DNA of 62,438 nucleotides, the filler included, from Bdellovibrionota bacterium (GTDB taxonomy: Bacteria; Bdellovibrionota; Bdellovibrionia; Bdellovibrionales; JAEYZS01), in the NCBI GenBank assembly GCA_963169515.1. It is 5 parts of 5 records of this genome, joined end to end, with 100 filler letters (N's around TTAATTAATTAA, not from the genome) between each part and the next. Parts side by side here need not be neighbours in the genome. Positions count along the whole stretch, not along the records: positions 48,054 to 58,904 come from CAUJEF010000106.1; 4 more parts are not named here. The stretch is one strand, 5' to 3'. Made by a program: the position numbers and the translations under genes. The notes beneath the pieces are model-generated. The model had not been told where the DNA came from, ran no database searches, and saw only the letters and a program-made list of their open reading frames with translations. Numbering within the stretch: position 1 is the first letter of the stretch; the number at the start of each line of letters is the position of its first letter. Below are positions 48,749 through 59,004 of the stretch, piece by piece.

Positions 48749-50904
48749 TTTTTTCCTTTTTTGCCTCGATCAGAGGATTTTAATATTCCATATTCTCCGC
48801 AGCTTTGTGCGGTCATTGTGTCCTTGCCGCGACAGCAGTCGACAACATTCGATATTGCGAGAAGCTGCATCTTTACATCTATAATTTCACCGACTGTATC
48901 CTCGTGTTTAAAAAGGTTCTTACCATCTAAAGTAATGTCCCGCTTTGCACTTACAGGCATGAATCGTTCTTCAGCGTGGGGCAGATTGTATTTGTAGCGA
49001 ACCTCATTGTAGCTCTGATGATATTTTATTGGCTCTCCGTCTTTGTTAAAGCTAACGTCGTAAGTGTTGCCCCCTCCAGGCTTATGATAGTTCACATTTG
49101 TAATGTTGCCATCGGTATCTAATGACACATCCATTGACTGCTCTGCATTTTTGTCATTTGAAATCAGTTTGATACCTGGGACAACTTTACCATCTTTAAT
49201 AAACCCATTACATGAAGCCTTCCATTTATTAGATCCGGTTTCGGCAGCATTTGGTTTTAGAACCTCCTCACAAAATTGAGAGCAATTTTTTATAATTTTT
49301 AATTTTTCTGACAAATCGAGCATTAGGTAGTCTTTGAGGGGGTCTGAAAATACGGGCAGATATTTGCATTTCTTGTTCATTGGTACATCTGGACAATTTT
49401 GATTATTTTGCTTTTTACAAGTTCCGTCGTCTAGGGTGGATTCTTCATAAATATCTTTAACATCTTTTGCGGTGTAAACAATATCTGCAGCTTCCGCGAC
49501 CTGCCCAACAATAGGTGCAATGGAGCCAGCGAGGACAGCACCTTTTCTGATTAGGGTATTTTTCATAAGGCGCGCACCGTATTGACGTGCGGAATGCATT
49601 ACATATCGGCTCATGTTTGTAATGTGGCCGTTCATGCGATGCCAAGCCTCAGTCCCTTTTCGAGGTTCCCAATAGTCCCTATCGAACAAGTTGTCCATGC
49701 CTTTAAGCATCTTTTCCGCTTCATCCAGATTTTGAGTCCCAGTCAGATTTGAGGGTCTGTACTGTCTAAATTTAGCGTCATAATTTTCGTGAGAGGCCAT
49801 TTTGGCTTCGGTTTCGCTTCTACGTTCAGCGACATTAAGTGCGTCACCCAAACGTCTAAATTGATTTTGCTGCTTTCTCAAGCGTGCAATATTCTCTGGG
49901 CTGTCGATTTCTTTTGTAGTTCCCCTGGGGAAAAGTTTTTCAAAGTCTTCTTTGTACAGATGAGCATATTCAGCAGAAATATTTCCCGTTTCTTTTTGAA
50001 GTCGTGCAAAGAGCGTTTTATTTGGATCCACGGATTTTGGAGATGGGGGCTCATATTCGATGCCATGAGAATGAAGTGCCTCGGTATTTTGTCCCCATGA
50101 AAAATCGATGCTTTCTGTAATTAGCTGCTTTTTTGCCTGTTGCTTTGGAAGATTTATGCGTGTCTCAGCCGAAGTGTACTCATCTAATATTTCATCTAGT
50201 TCATCTATAGAAACACGAGACGAGTTAATTTTATCGCGCGCTGCCAGTATTTCACGTCGCAATTCCTTTAAGTGCTCATACTCTGTTTGCTGTCGGTTTA
50301 GAGAGTCACCGAGGCTCTTCCAGTTACTCCCTGGCTGGGCACGTTCCTTTTCTATGAAAGCTCTTTTGCTCGATACAACCATAAGCTTTGCATCAATGTC
50401 GTGGGTCGCCGCCAGAAGGGTTCGGTCAACAGCACGTGCTCGTGTTATTGTATGAGCGCTAGACTGGAGGGGAGGTGTAGATTTAAGTTCAGATTCCATT
50501 TCCTCCAGAGCGGCAGCAGTGTAGGCTTTCCTATAATCATTAAGTTGGCTTAGCGACAGGTCGCAAACTTGGGCCGCTTCAGCTGCCGGGAAAAGTTGAA
50601 CCCAGCTTGTCTTTGGCCCACATTTTCCACGAACAAATTTGACAAAATCAACTCCACCGTAAGTAGCGCCTACAGCTACGGCACTGCCTGCGACGAGAAT
50701 TTCGATGTCCGCTGGAAATTTTTCTTTGCATTCTTTTAAAGTGGGCTGCAACCCACAGATTTTATGTCTAAAAATATCAGCGAGGGCACTTTTGGCCTCA
50801 TCTTCGTTAGAGCACATATTACCAAAACCCAGTGATGGAATGATTAGCAAAATAGATACAACATTAATTTTTTGCAGCAAAGTAAGGGCATCTCTTATTG
50901 CCAT
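48745..50904 (-). CDS. Large secreted hypothetical protein (Cys-containing ends, coiled-coil middle)
   Basis: 719-aa ORF with a signal-like N-terminus; no family recognised. Confidence 0.7.
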   Translation of the reverse strand: MAIRDALTLLQKINVVSILLIIPSLGFGNMCSNEDEAKSALADIFRHKICGLQPTLKECKEKFPADIEILVAGSAVAVGATYGGVDFVKFVRGKCGPKTSWVQLFPAAEAAQVCDLSLSQLNDYRKAYTAAALEEMESELKSTPPLQSSAHTITRARAVDRTLLAATHDIDAKLMVVSSKRAFIEKERAQPGSNWKSLGDSLNRQQTEYEHLKELRREILAARDKINSSRVSIDELDEILDEYTSAETRINLPKQQAKKQLITESIDFSWGQNTEALHSHGIEYEPPSPKSVDPNKTLFARLQKETGNISAEYAHLYKEDFEKLFPRGTTKEIDSPENIARLRKQQNQFRRLGDALNVAERRSETEAKMASHENYDAKFRQYRPSNLTGTQNLDEAEKMLKGMDNLFDRDYWEPRKGTEAWHRMNGHITNMSRYVMHSARQYGARLMKNTLIRKGAVLAGSIAPIVGQVAEAADIVYTAKDVKDIYEESTLDDGTCKKQNNQNCPDVPMNKKCKYLPVFSDPLKDYLMLDLSEKLKIIKNCSQFCEEVLKPNAAETGSNKWKASCNGFIKDGKVVPGIKLISNDKNAEQSMDVSLDTDGNITNVNYHKPGGGNTYDVSFNKDGEPIKYHQSYNEVRYKYNLPHAEERFMPVSAKRDITLDGKNLFKHEDTVGEIIDVKMQLLAISNVVDCCRGKDTMTAQSCGEYGILKSSDRGKKGKN

Positions 50905-51274
50905 TCGCAGAGTCCTTTAGTTGTTTGTGGAGTTCATGAGCTACGCACATTCCAATTCGTGATGCGATAACCACGCCATTGGCATAAGGGTTTACCTTTT
51001 CGGGTATTTTTATTTGTGAAAAACATGAGGCCGTGAGAGTTTGAACTTTTGTGCGGCAATTGGTCTCTGTGATTTTGTAGCAGTTCATAACGTAGTGATC
51101 TTCGTCGCACATTTCGTAAGAATAATTTTCTCTGAAATTTTCTTTCCAAACTTTTGAATGTATGTAGGTCTTTTTTGCTTCTACGGCAAATGCAGCGAAA
51201 GCAAAATTTAAAACAAGAAAGAATACGAATAACAAAAATAGTAAACTTTTTCTGAGTTCAAAAATTTTATTCAT
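50864..51274 (-). CDS. Small secreted Cys-rich protein
   Basis: Signal peptide (..AVEA); 6 Cys. Confidence 0.7.
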   Translation of the reverse strand: MNKIFELRKSLLFLLFVFFLVLNFAFAAFAVEAKKTYIHSKVWKENFRENYSYEMCDEDHYVMNCYKITETNCRTKVQTLTASCFSQIKIPEKVNPYANGVVIASRIGMCVAHELHKQLKDSANGNKRCPYFAAKN

Positions 51275-51343
51275 GCCTGATCATTGTAACAGCAGCGCTA
51301 AGCAGATGTAAGGTCGAGGGGGGCTTGCCAACCCTTGGTCCAG

Positions 51344-52105
51344 TTAGATTGGGAACTTTAAGCGATATGAATATATAGCAAGACTTGCAGCAATTGTGGC
51401 GTTGAGTGATTCACACTTGGAATCAATGGGAATTGTTACTTTCTGTGTTTGCAAATATGCGGGAATCCCTTTGCCTTCTTCCCCGATCAGAAGGCGTGTG
51501 TGCTGTGACCAACGAAATTTATCCAGACGTTCACCTTTCATATCAAGGCTTACGGTATTTTCTAAGTGTTCTAGTTCTTGAATTGATGGGCCTAAAAATA
51601 AAGGAGCTTGGAAGACAGCGCCAGCTGAGGCGCGGATGGAGCGAGGATGAAAAGGGAGGGCAGCTTCTTTTAAAAGAATAATTTTTCGAACTCCGAGGGC
51701 AGTTCCCGTTCGAATTACTGCTCCCACATTATTGGGATCTTGGAATGGAAGTAATATCTCAATTTCTGATGGTGCTGCATGGGAATCCCAAATAGGAATT
51801 TCAGGCTTGGCAATAGTGAGCAGGGGTGAGTGGGTATTCAAAATATCCAATTCTTTAAATAACACGGGTGGTACAACAAACTCGGGTAGTTTATATTTTG
51901 AGAAAGTATCGACGGCCATTCCTTCGCTGTAGACAAATTCCAAAGCATTTTTAGTGCCGTGAGTATCTAAATAGTCACGGATGATTTTTTCGCCCATAAC
52001 AAACAACTTGCCGAGTTTTTCTATGCCGATTGATTTATGGAGTTTCAGCCAGTCTTTATAGATTGGATTTTGAGTTGATGTTATACTTTTAAAGTCGCGC
52101 GTCAT
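51344..52105 (-). CDS. TrmH/SpoU RNA methyltransferase
   Basis: QDPNNVGAVIRT, IGEEGKG, ESLNA. Confidence 0.92.
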   Translation of the reverse strand: MTRDFKSITSTQNPIYKDWLKLHKSIGIEKLGKLFVMGEKIIRDYLDTHGTKNALEFVYSEGMAVDTFSKYKLPEFVVPPVLFKELDILNTHSPLLTIAKPEIPIWDSHAAPSEIEILLPFQDPNNVGAVIRTGTALGVRKIILLKEAALPFHPRSIRASAGAVFQAPLFLGPSIQELEHLENTVSLDMKGERLDKFRWSQHTRLLIGEEGKGIPAYLQTQKVTIPIDSKCESLNATIAASLAIYSYRLKFPI

Positions 52106-52154
52106 GCCCTAAATACTTGATATATTATGAAAATTTACGCAAGATAAATATACG

Positions 52155-53177
52155 ATGAGCATCAAAATTCAGGAAATTCAAGATCAGGCGCTGAAAAAAT
52201 TTGATAGTGCGAAGACTTCAAAAGAGCTTTATGACTTTAAGGTCGAATTTTTGGGTAAAAGCGGTGCTTTTACGGAAATTATGAAAAGCATGAAAGATCT
52301 TTCTTCCGATGAGCGACCGCTGTTCGGGAAAAAAGTCAACGAAGCAAAAGTTGTTTTAGAAGATGCCTACATTCGCAAAGAACGAGACCTAAAAACCAAG
52401 GAAATTAATGAGAAGCTTGCCAGTGAATGGCTGGATTTAACCTTGCCGGGCCCTGTACAAGATAAAAGCACACAACATCCCATCAGCTTGGTCCTTAACG
52501 AGACCGTAAATATTTTATCTCGCTTAGGTTATAGTGTTCGTTTAGGCCCACTAATCGAAAAAGATTTTTATAATTTTGAGGCTCTAAATATCCCCAAAGA
52601 CCATCCAGCCCGCGAAATGCAGGACACGTTTTATGTGGGTGAAAATCATGTTTTGAGAACCCACACGTCACCAATTCAAATTCATACGATGGAAAGGGAG
52701 AAGCCACCGATTCGAATTATTGGACCGGGTGCGGTTTTTCGCGTGGATAGCGACGTTTCCCACGCGCCCATGTTTCACCAAATTGAAGCCCTGTATGTTG
52801 ATCGAAAAGTTTCAATGGCGGATCTGAAGGGCACCATTGCATTTATGAATCGTGAACTTTTTGGATCTGATACGAAAACACGCTTTCGACCGAGCTTTTT
52901 TCCATTTACAGAGCCTTCGGCAGAGTTTGATTGTTCGTGTCCATTTTGCAGTATGAAGGGCTGTCGAATGTGCGGACATTCTGGTTGGATCGAACTTGGT
53001 GGCAGTGGTCTTGTACATCCCCATGTTTTGAAATTAAGTGGAATTGACCCCATGGAATGGCAAGGATTGGCTTTTGGGTTCGGCATTGAGCGTATGTCTG
53101 TAATTAAATTTGGTGTAGACGATATTCGTTTATTTTGTGAGAACGATCGTCGATTTTTAGATCAATTTCCTTCGTAG
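52155..53177 (+). CDS. pheS: Phenylalanine-tRNA ligase alpha subunit
   Basis: [36 protein letters not shown]. Confidence 0.97.
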   Translation: MSIKIQEIQDQALKKFDSAKTSKELYDFKVEFLGKSGAFTEIMKSMKDLSSDERPLFGKKVNEAKVVLEDAYIRKERDLKTKEINEKLASEWLDLTLPGPVQDKSTQHPISLVLNETVNILSRLGYSVRLGPLIEKDFYNFEALNIPKDHPAREMQDTFYVGENHVLRTHTSPIQIHTMEREKPPIRIIGPGAVFRVDSDVSHAPMFHQIEALYVDRKVSMADLKGTIAFMNRELFGSDTKTRFRPSFFPFTEPSAEFDCSCPFCSMKGCRMCGHSGWIELGGSGLVHPHVLKLSGIDPMEWQGLAFGFGIERMSVIKFGVDDIRLFCENDRRFLDQFPS

Positions 53178-53186
53178 GTAGTGCAA

Positions 53187-55616
53187 ATGAAGATTTCTTT
53201 AAAATGGCTGAATGATTTTATTGATATTGCAGATTTTCTTGCTAAGCCAGAAGCTCTTTCCGAGATTCTGACCAAGTCTGGTTTAGAAGTCGAATCCATA
53301 GAAAACAAAGCCAAGGCTTTTGAGAATGTTGTTGTGGGCAGTATTTTGGAAAAAGGAAAGCACCCTGATGCCGATCGGTTAACCTTGTGCCAAGTCACAA
53401 CTGGCAAAGGCGTCGTTCATCAGATTGTGTGTGGGGCTAAAAATCACAATTCGGGTGATAATGTTGTTGTGGCTCTTCCAGGGGCAATACTTCCAGGGAA
53501 TTTTGAAATCAAAAAGTCAAAAATTCGTGGCGTGGAATCATCGGGAATGTTGTGTTCAGAGGTTGAGCTGGGGATTGCCGAAAATAGCGACGGTATTATG
53601 ATTCTTCCCAAAGATGCTCCGATCGGAAAGCCATTTGCAGAATATATGGGATATGATGACATTGTGATGGAAATTAAGGTAACGCCGAACCGCTCGGATT
53701 GTCTCAGTCATTATGGGTTGGCCCGTGAGATTTCATGTGTGACAGATCGCCCTCTGAATTCCTTTGTAAAGGACAACTTGGCAAAATTGCAACCAGCAGG
53801 TGATACGCAAAAAAAAATAAAACTTGAAATCAAAAATCCGCAAAGCTGTCCACGCTACACGGGTGCGTTTATCGATAAAATTAAAATCGGTCCAAGCCCA
53901 AGCTGGCTGAAAAAGCGGCTAGAGTCTGTTGGCATGAAGTCCATCAGTAATGTAGTCGATATTACAAACTATGTTATGATGGAATTAGGCCAGCCGTTAC
54001 ACGCGTTTGATTATCGTGAAATCAAAGGGAAACAAATCACCGTAGAAAACTCAAAAAATGATGAGAAATTTAAAACTCTTGATGGCACAGAGCTCACAAT
54101 GAACGGTACAGAGCTTATGATCCGAGATGGCGAACGGGCCGTGGCATTAGCAGGCATCGTTGGTGGACTGAATTCAGGGATCAAAGACGATACGTCAGAA
54201 GTTTTTATTGAATCGGCCTACTTTAAGCCGGAAGTTGTCAGGCGTACTTCGCGTCGACATGGGATTCAAACAGAGTCGGGTTATAGATTCACCCGCGCCG
54301 TAGATCCGGATATGGTTTTTACAGCAATGAAACGTGCCTGCCAGCTCATTCAAGATTTGGCCGGCGGACAAGTTTATGGAAACGCTTACGATATGTATGT
54401 TGAAAAAATTCATCAAAAGAGCATTGTTGTTACACTCAATTATGTTTCAGACCGACTTGGGTACACAGTGAACCCAAAAAAATTTGTCGATTGGATTCAA
54501 AGACTGGGTTGTACAATTTCGGGCAAAGATGGCGAGTATAACGTAGTGCCTCCGTTGTACAGGTCAGATATTCAAATTGCTGATGATCTCGTCGAAGAAT
54601 ACGCACGTCTTAATGGCTATGATCAAATTCCAGAAAGTTTGCCGGCGTTAGCAGATCCACCAACCCAACACGACAAAAAGTATACCTTGGGATTGCAGGT
54701 AAATGCCTTATTAAGGGGGCAAGGGTTCCAGGAAGCGGTTAACTATAACTTTGTCGATTCGAAATATTATCAGATGGTCGGACCGTCGGACTCGTTTGTC
54801 GAATATGGTTTGAATGTTACGGAAAGGCCTATAAAGTTGCTCAATCCGATTTCAGAAGACATGGATATAATGCGAAACTTGATTGCTCCGTCGTTACTGA
54901 AAAATGTTATACATAATTTTAATCGTGGAGTAGAAAGCGGACGGCTCTTCGAGTCCGGATATGTATTTTATGAGGAATTGGGTCAGTACATAGAGCCATG
55001 GCATTTGGGTTTGGCGCTTTGGGGCAACGATGTTGATTTATGGAATAAGAAAAATGTTCCTGCGGTATTTCAATTGAAATCAAAGGTTGAAAATTTCCTA
55101 AAAGGTTTTGGAAAAAGCTTCAGTTGGGATGTCCCCCAAAAAATTCCAAATTTCTTACATCCAGGACAAACCGCAAGGTTGAGATTTGAAGGCCGTGCGG
55201 TGGGTTTCATCGGAACTGTTCATCCTGTTCTGGTCGAAGAGTTTAAATTGCGGGCGGATACAGCGCTCGCCGAGTTCAGTTTGGAAAAATTATTGCAAGG
55301 CCAGCCACGAGTGAATCGGGTGAAACCTTTAAGTAAGTTTCCATCTGTTGCGCGTGACTTGGCGTTTGTTATGCCAGCAACAATGATGGCTCAATCAGTC
55401 GTTGATGAAATACAAAAAACAGGAAAGCCGTTGTTAGATTCTGTAAAAGCCTTTGACGTCTTTTTCGGCCAACCATTAAAGCCATCAGAGAAATCTGTAG
55501 CCTTCCGCTTAGTTTACCAGGACCCCAGTGAGACCTTGACGGAACAAAAAATTGCTGAAATTAACAGCAAGATTGTTAATTCAGTGTGTCAGAAGTTGGG
55601 AATCTCCGTCAGGTAA
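53187..55616 (+). CDS. pheT: Phenylalanine-tRNA ligase beta subunit
   Basis: KHPDADRL, CGAKN, TPNRSDC, GQPLHAFD, C-terminal FDX-ACB (SKFP...RDLAF). Confidence 0.97.
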   Translation: MKISLKWLNDFIDIADFLAKPEALSEILTKSGLEVESIENKAKAFENVVVGSILEKGKHPDADRLTLCQVTTGKGVVHQIVCGAKNHNSGDNVVVALPGAILPGNFEIKKSKIRGVESSGMLCSEVELGIAENSDGIMILPKDAPIGKPFAEYMGYDDIVMEIKVTPNRSDCLSHYGLAREISCVTDRPLNSFVKDNLAKLQPAGDTQKKIKLEIKNPQSCPRYTGAFIDKIKIGPSPSWLKKRLESVGMKSISNVVDITNYVMMELGQPLHAFDYREIKGKQITVENSKNDEKFKTLDGTELTMNGTELMIRDGERAVALAGIVGGLNSGIKDDTSEVFIESAYFKPEVVRRTSRRHGIQTESGYRFTRAVDPDMVFTAMKRACQLIQDLAGGQVYGNAYDMYVEKIHQKSIVVTLNYVSDRLGYTVNPKKFVDWIQRLGCTISGKDGEYNVVPPLYRSDIQIADDLVEEYARLNGYDQIPESLPALADPPTQHDKKYTLGLQVNALLRGQGFQEAVNYNFVDSKYYQMVGPSDSFVEYGLNVTERPIKLLNPISEDMDIMRNLIAPSLLKNVIHNFNRGVESGRLFESGYVFYEELGQYIEPWHLGLALWGNDVDLWNKKNVPAVFQLKSKVENFLKGFGKSFSWDVPQKIPNFLHPGQTARLRFEGRAVGFIGTVHPVLVEEFKLRADTALAEFSLEKLLQGQPRVNRVKPLSKFPSVARDLAFVMPATMMAQSVVDEIQKTGKPLLDSVKAFDVFFGQPLKPSEKSVAFRLVYQDPSETLTEQKIAEINSKIVNSVCQKLGISVR

Positions 55617-55699
55617 GCTTGAATCTTTTCAAGTACTTGATAGCCTTTAGTTAAGTTAAATCCTTTAGAACACGGATGATTTTAAGGCTGGGGGACAAC

Positions 55700-56032
55700 A
55701 TGAGCGGTCATAACGTCGGTAACTCAACAATGACAAAGGCGGACATCGTCGAAAAAGTCTATCAGAAGCTCGGATTTTCTAAGAAGGAATCGTCTGAGCT
55801 TGTGGAAATGGTTTTCAATATTTTAAAAAATACATTGGAAAAGGGAGAGAAGGTTAAAATTTCTGGTTTTGGAAATTTTATGGTCCGAGATAAAAAAGAA
55901 CGGATTGGTCGTAACCCTCAAACAGGAAGCCAAATTAAAATTAGTGCGCGTCGTGTTCTAACATTCAGGCCAAGTCAGGTTTTAAAAGCGATGTTAAATG
56001 GCGAAGACATTACAGGTCTCAAAGACGAATAA
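55700..56032 (+). CDS. ihfA: Integration host factor alpha
   Basis: [24 protein letters not shown]; conserved position after pheT. Confidence 0.93.
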   Translation: MSGHNVGNSTMTKADIVEKVYQKLGFSKKESSELVEMVFNILKNTLEKGEKVKISGFGNFMVRDKKERIGRNPQTGSQIKISARRVLTFRPSQVLKAMLNGEDITGLKDE

Positions 56033-56051
56033 AAACGCGGGAGGTTCAGTT

Positions 56052-56537
56052 TTGGAAAATCAATTGCACGATCACCCGGAACACAACGATACAGATGTTA
56101 TCCAATTCGGCCCGTCCGTTACCATCGAAAATAGTGAAGAGCACAGTCTGCTTGTTGACGACGCTTTAAAAAATGAATTGAAAAATATTCCCGACAAAAT
56201 GGCCTTTAAGATTGGCGAGGTGGCAGATCTTTTGGGGGTCAAGGCCTATGTCTTAAGATACTGGGAAACAGAGTTCGAAGCGTTACGCCCTAAAAAATCA
56301 AACCAAAATCAAAGAATGTATACCCGCAAAGATGTTGAAACGGCACTCTTAGTTCGAAAATTGTTGCATCGAGATCGGTTTTCGATCGAAGGGGCACGTA
56401 AGGCCCTTAGGAATCTTAAGACCCAAGTAAAAAAAGAAAAAACTGTCGATAGAATAAATGAGCACATATTTCAAATGGGTGACGATCTTCGAAGTCTATT
56501 GGGTCAAATTGAAGAGATCAAAGCACACTTGCTCTAG
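56052..56537 (+). CDS. MerR-family regulator
   Basis: [19 protein letters not shown]...R.Y; typical ihfA neighbour; TTG start after GGAGG. Confidence 0.9.
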   Translation: MENQLHDHPEHNDTDVIQFGPSVTIENSEEHSLLVDDALKNELKNIPDKMAFKIGEVADLLGVKAYVLRYWETEFEALRPKKSNQNQRMYTRKDVETALLVRKLLHRDRFSIEGARKALRNLKTQVKKEKTVDRINEHIFQMGDDLRSLLGQIEEIKAHLL

Positions 56538-57019
56538 CGGCTGCCTTTTATATGTAAAGTCCGGGTGAATTCCCAATTTTTTTGTTCTTTTCTCGATATA
56601 TCTTTTTCAATTTCTCCAATCGCTTTAATTTTTGCGGCGATTTCATCGAGATCCCTATTCGTCCTTGCTTTACATTGGCTGGCTATTTGGGCCGCATTAA
56701 AACTGCATTTTTCAGCCTCTTCAATTTGTGGAAAATTCATAGAATTTCCCAGCGCCTGATTTAGACATATTTTGATTCGAGCCTGCTTGTAGCTCTCAAG
56801 TTCTGGCGCTTCATGGACGCTTTCCTTACAGCATCGATTAATAATGGGGATTTTTTTGTGTTCACACTCTTTTAAAAGCTCGGCTCGCTTGTCCAGCTGT
56901 TTCTTGCCTTCTTCTGCGAACTTAATCGCAAGGTAATCCGTGTCTACAGATTGGGCCACGGCCAAATTGTTTGACACAAAAAAAAGCGCAAAAATCAAAA
57001 GGACGGCTTTGGAGTGCAC
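56534..57019 (-). CDS. Secreted Cys-containing hypothetical protein
   Basis: GTG start after GGGGG; signal peptide AVA-Q; sigma54 promoter upstream. Confidence 0.65.
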   Translation of the reverse strand: MHSKAVLLIFALFFVSNNLAVAQSVDTDYLAIKFAEEGKKQLDKRAELLKECEHKKIPIINRCCKESVHEAPELESYKQARIKICLNQALGNSMNFPQIEEAEKCSFNAAQIASQCKARTNRDLDEIAAKIKAIGEIEKDISRKEQKNWEFTRTLHIKGSR

Positions 57020-57045
57020 TCTGTCCCCCCCAATATACATAGAGA

Positions 57046-57083
57046 AGCAATCTGGGTGCCTTCAGGGTGTCTCAGTTTGAGAC
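57046..57083 (-). promoter_or_regulatory. sigma54 promoter with an adjacent perfect palindrome
   Basis: Minus strand AGGCAC-CCAGA-TTGCT (57046-57061); GTCTCA-GTT-TGAGAC (57069-57083). Confidence 0.65.
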
Positions 57084-58904
57084 GTTTGAGTATTTTGATT
57101 TTAAAATTTGATTCGCTGAAAGTCTGACGATAAGGAAGGCAATCAACTGGAGACTGAAAAACACGAGGAGCGGCAATTTTAAAGAGAATATCCATTGATT
57201 GCCAAAAAACGATTTAGAAAAAATAAATGAAAGAATGTAGCTGAAGAGTACTCCAAAAAATGAGGCGCAGATTGAAATAAAAAGGAATTCACTAGTAAAA
57301 AGTATTGATATTTTTTGGACAGAAGTGCCAAGAATTTTTAGCAGTAGCATTTCACGGCGCCGTTCGAAGGCTTGATGGCTCGCTACAGAGTATAATATCA
57401 CAAATCCCACGAGCATTGAAAAGTAGGCCATGAAGGTCAGGGCAAGGCTCATTTGCCTGACCATATCTGAAATACGTTCAACCATGGCGGTCACATCGAT
57501 AATTGAAATGTTTGGCAACTTTTTGACAAGCTCATTTTGGAGAATAACTTTCTTCTCTGTTTCAAGCGGGGGGATTGAGGCCAAATAGGTCTTTGGAGCT
57601 TCCTCTAGAACTCCCGGTTGGAATTGAATGAAAAAGTTTGGTTCAAAACTTGTCCAATTGATTTCGCGTATGCTAGTAATTTTTCCTGCAATATCAAGCC
57701 CCTGAACGTCAAACTCTAACAAGTCGCCTATTTTTATTCCCATGCGATCCGCAAACTTATCTTCAACTGATATTTCTGGGATTCCGTTCCCATAAAATCG
57801 ATCTGAGAAGTATTTTCCTTTTTTAACTTTTTCAGATGAAGCCAGTTTTTCTCGATAAGAAAGATTGTAACTTCTGTTCCGGGATCGGCGCTCTTGATTT
57901 TGCTCTCGGGATTCAAATATTTTTGGATCATTTGACTTATGGAAGGGTTGTCCGTTTATGTTTGTAAGCCGGGCACGGACCATAGGCGACAACTGCAAAA
58001 GGGCAGTGCCTTTGGATTCTAATACGGAATTGATGTCTTTAACTTGGTCCTCTTGAATATCAAAAAGAAAAAGGCTTGGCGTGCTGCTGCCACCGTGGAG
58101 TTGTGCTTGGATTCCCGCTTGAATCTGTGGAATCAAATTTATAAGAAGCACGGCAAGGGAAATTGAGACAAAACAAGAAAGGGTCGCAAATTTATGCCGA
58201 GCGAGATTTCGAATAACTATTTTCAGTTGAATGTTTCGAATTTCTAATCTCGCTATGAATATCACTATCATATACCCAGCAAGTGAAAGTAATACCAGGG
58301 ACGCTAAAAAAGCCAACAGAAAGCTAGATCCAATGATATAAGATTGTGAGATCCACATCGCAGTAAACCAAAAAATAATCGTGGCCGGAAGATATAAAAG
58401 CAGATTCCTTTTCTTCCATCGGGTATCGAGGTGGTCGTGTTCTTGAAGTAAAATATTGGGACGTATTTCTTTCAACGGGTGTAGCAGGGGCCAGCCGATC
58501 AGAACACTCAAAATAACGCTTGTTATTGCAGCGAGGCCCATTGTGCTGGGCATAAGACGAACGTGAATTTCAATATTTAAAAGATCTTGAGTCATTGAAC
58601 CCAAAAAGGGTAGCAGTGCTTTTGAACCAAGCACAGCGGGTATTGTCGACAGCAATCCAAGAATTACTATTTGAATTAAATAGAGGATTAAAATTTTAGA
58701 ATCAGAAAAACCAAGACTTTTTAAAACCGCAGTGTCTCGGTACCGTTTTGCAATATAGCTTCGGTAGAAAAAGCTGACGCCAAGTCCACACAGAAACAAG
58801 GCCACCAAGGAAACTAAACCTAAATAGTCATTAAGGTAGTTTAATAGGGTGCCGACTTGTTCGCTGGCGTTTCGATGTGTTTTTATATCAATTCCTGGAT
58901 CGGG
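57072..58904 (-). CDS. FtsX-like ABC permease (YbbP-like), 5' truncated
   Basis: AVLKSLG, PSLFLFDIQ.DQ, PMVRAR, W.SF.PNFF motifs. Confidence 0.85.
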   Translation of the reverse strand, partial: PDPGIDIKTHRNASEQVGTLLNYLNDYLGLVSLVALFLCGLGVSFFYRSYIAKRYRDTAVLKSLGFSDSKILILYLIQIVILGLLSTIPAVLGSKALLPFLGSMTQDLLNIEIHVRLMPSTMGLAAITSVILSVLIGWPLLHPLKEIRPNILLQEHDHLDTRWKKRNLLLYLPATIIFWFTAMWISQSYIIGSSFLLAFLASLVLLSLAGYMIVIFIARLEIRNIQLKIVIRNLARHKFATLSCFVSISLAVLLINLIPQIQAGIQAQLHGGSSTPSLFLFDIQEDQVKDINSVLESKGTALLQLSPMVRARLTNINGQPFHKSNDPKIFESREQNQERRSRNRSYNLSYREKLASSEKVKKGKYFSDRFYGNGIPEISVEDKFADRMGIKIGDLLEFDVQGLDIAGKITSIREINWTSFEPNFFIQFQPGVLEEAPKTYLASIPPLETEKKVILQNELVKKLPNISIIDVTAMVERISDMVRQMSLALTFMAYFSMLVGFVILYSVASHQAFERRREMLLLKILGTSVQKISILFTSEFLFISICASFFGVLFSYILSFIFSKSFFGNQWIFSLKLPLLVFFSLQLIAFLIVRLSANQILKSKYSNVSN

Positions 58905-59004
58905 NNNNNNNNNNNNNNNNNNNNNNNNNNNNNNNNNNNNNNNNNNNNTTAATTAATTAANNNNNNNNNNNNNNNNNNNNNNNNNNNNNNNNNNNNNNNN
59001 NNNN
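58905..59004. other. Artificial contig spacer
   Basis: N-run with central TTAATTAATTAA. Confidence 0.97.

Noticed and set aside
19770..59004. Four identical TTAATTAATTAA motifs inside N-runs
   Set aside because: Artificial stop-codon linkers between contigs, not biological repeats; ORFs that run into them with X residues are artefacts.
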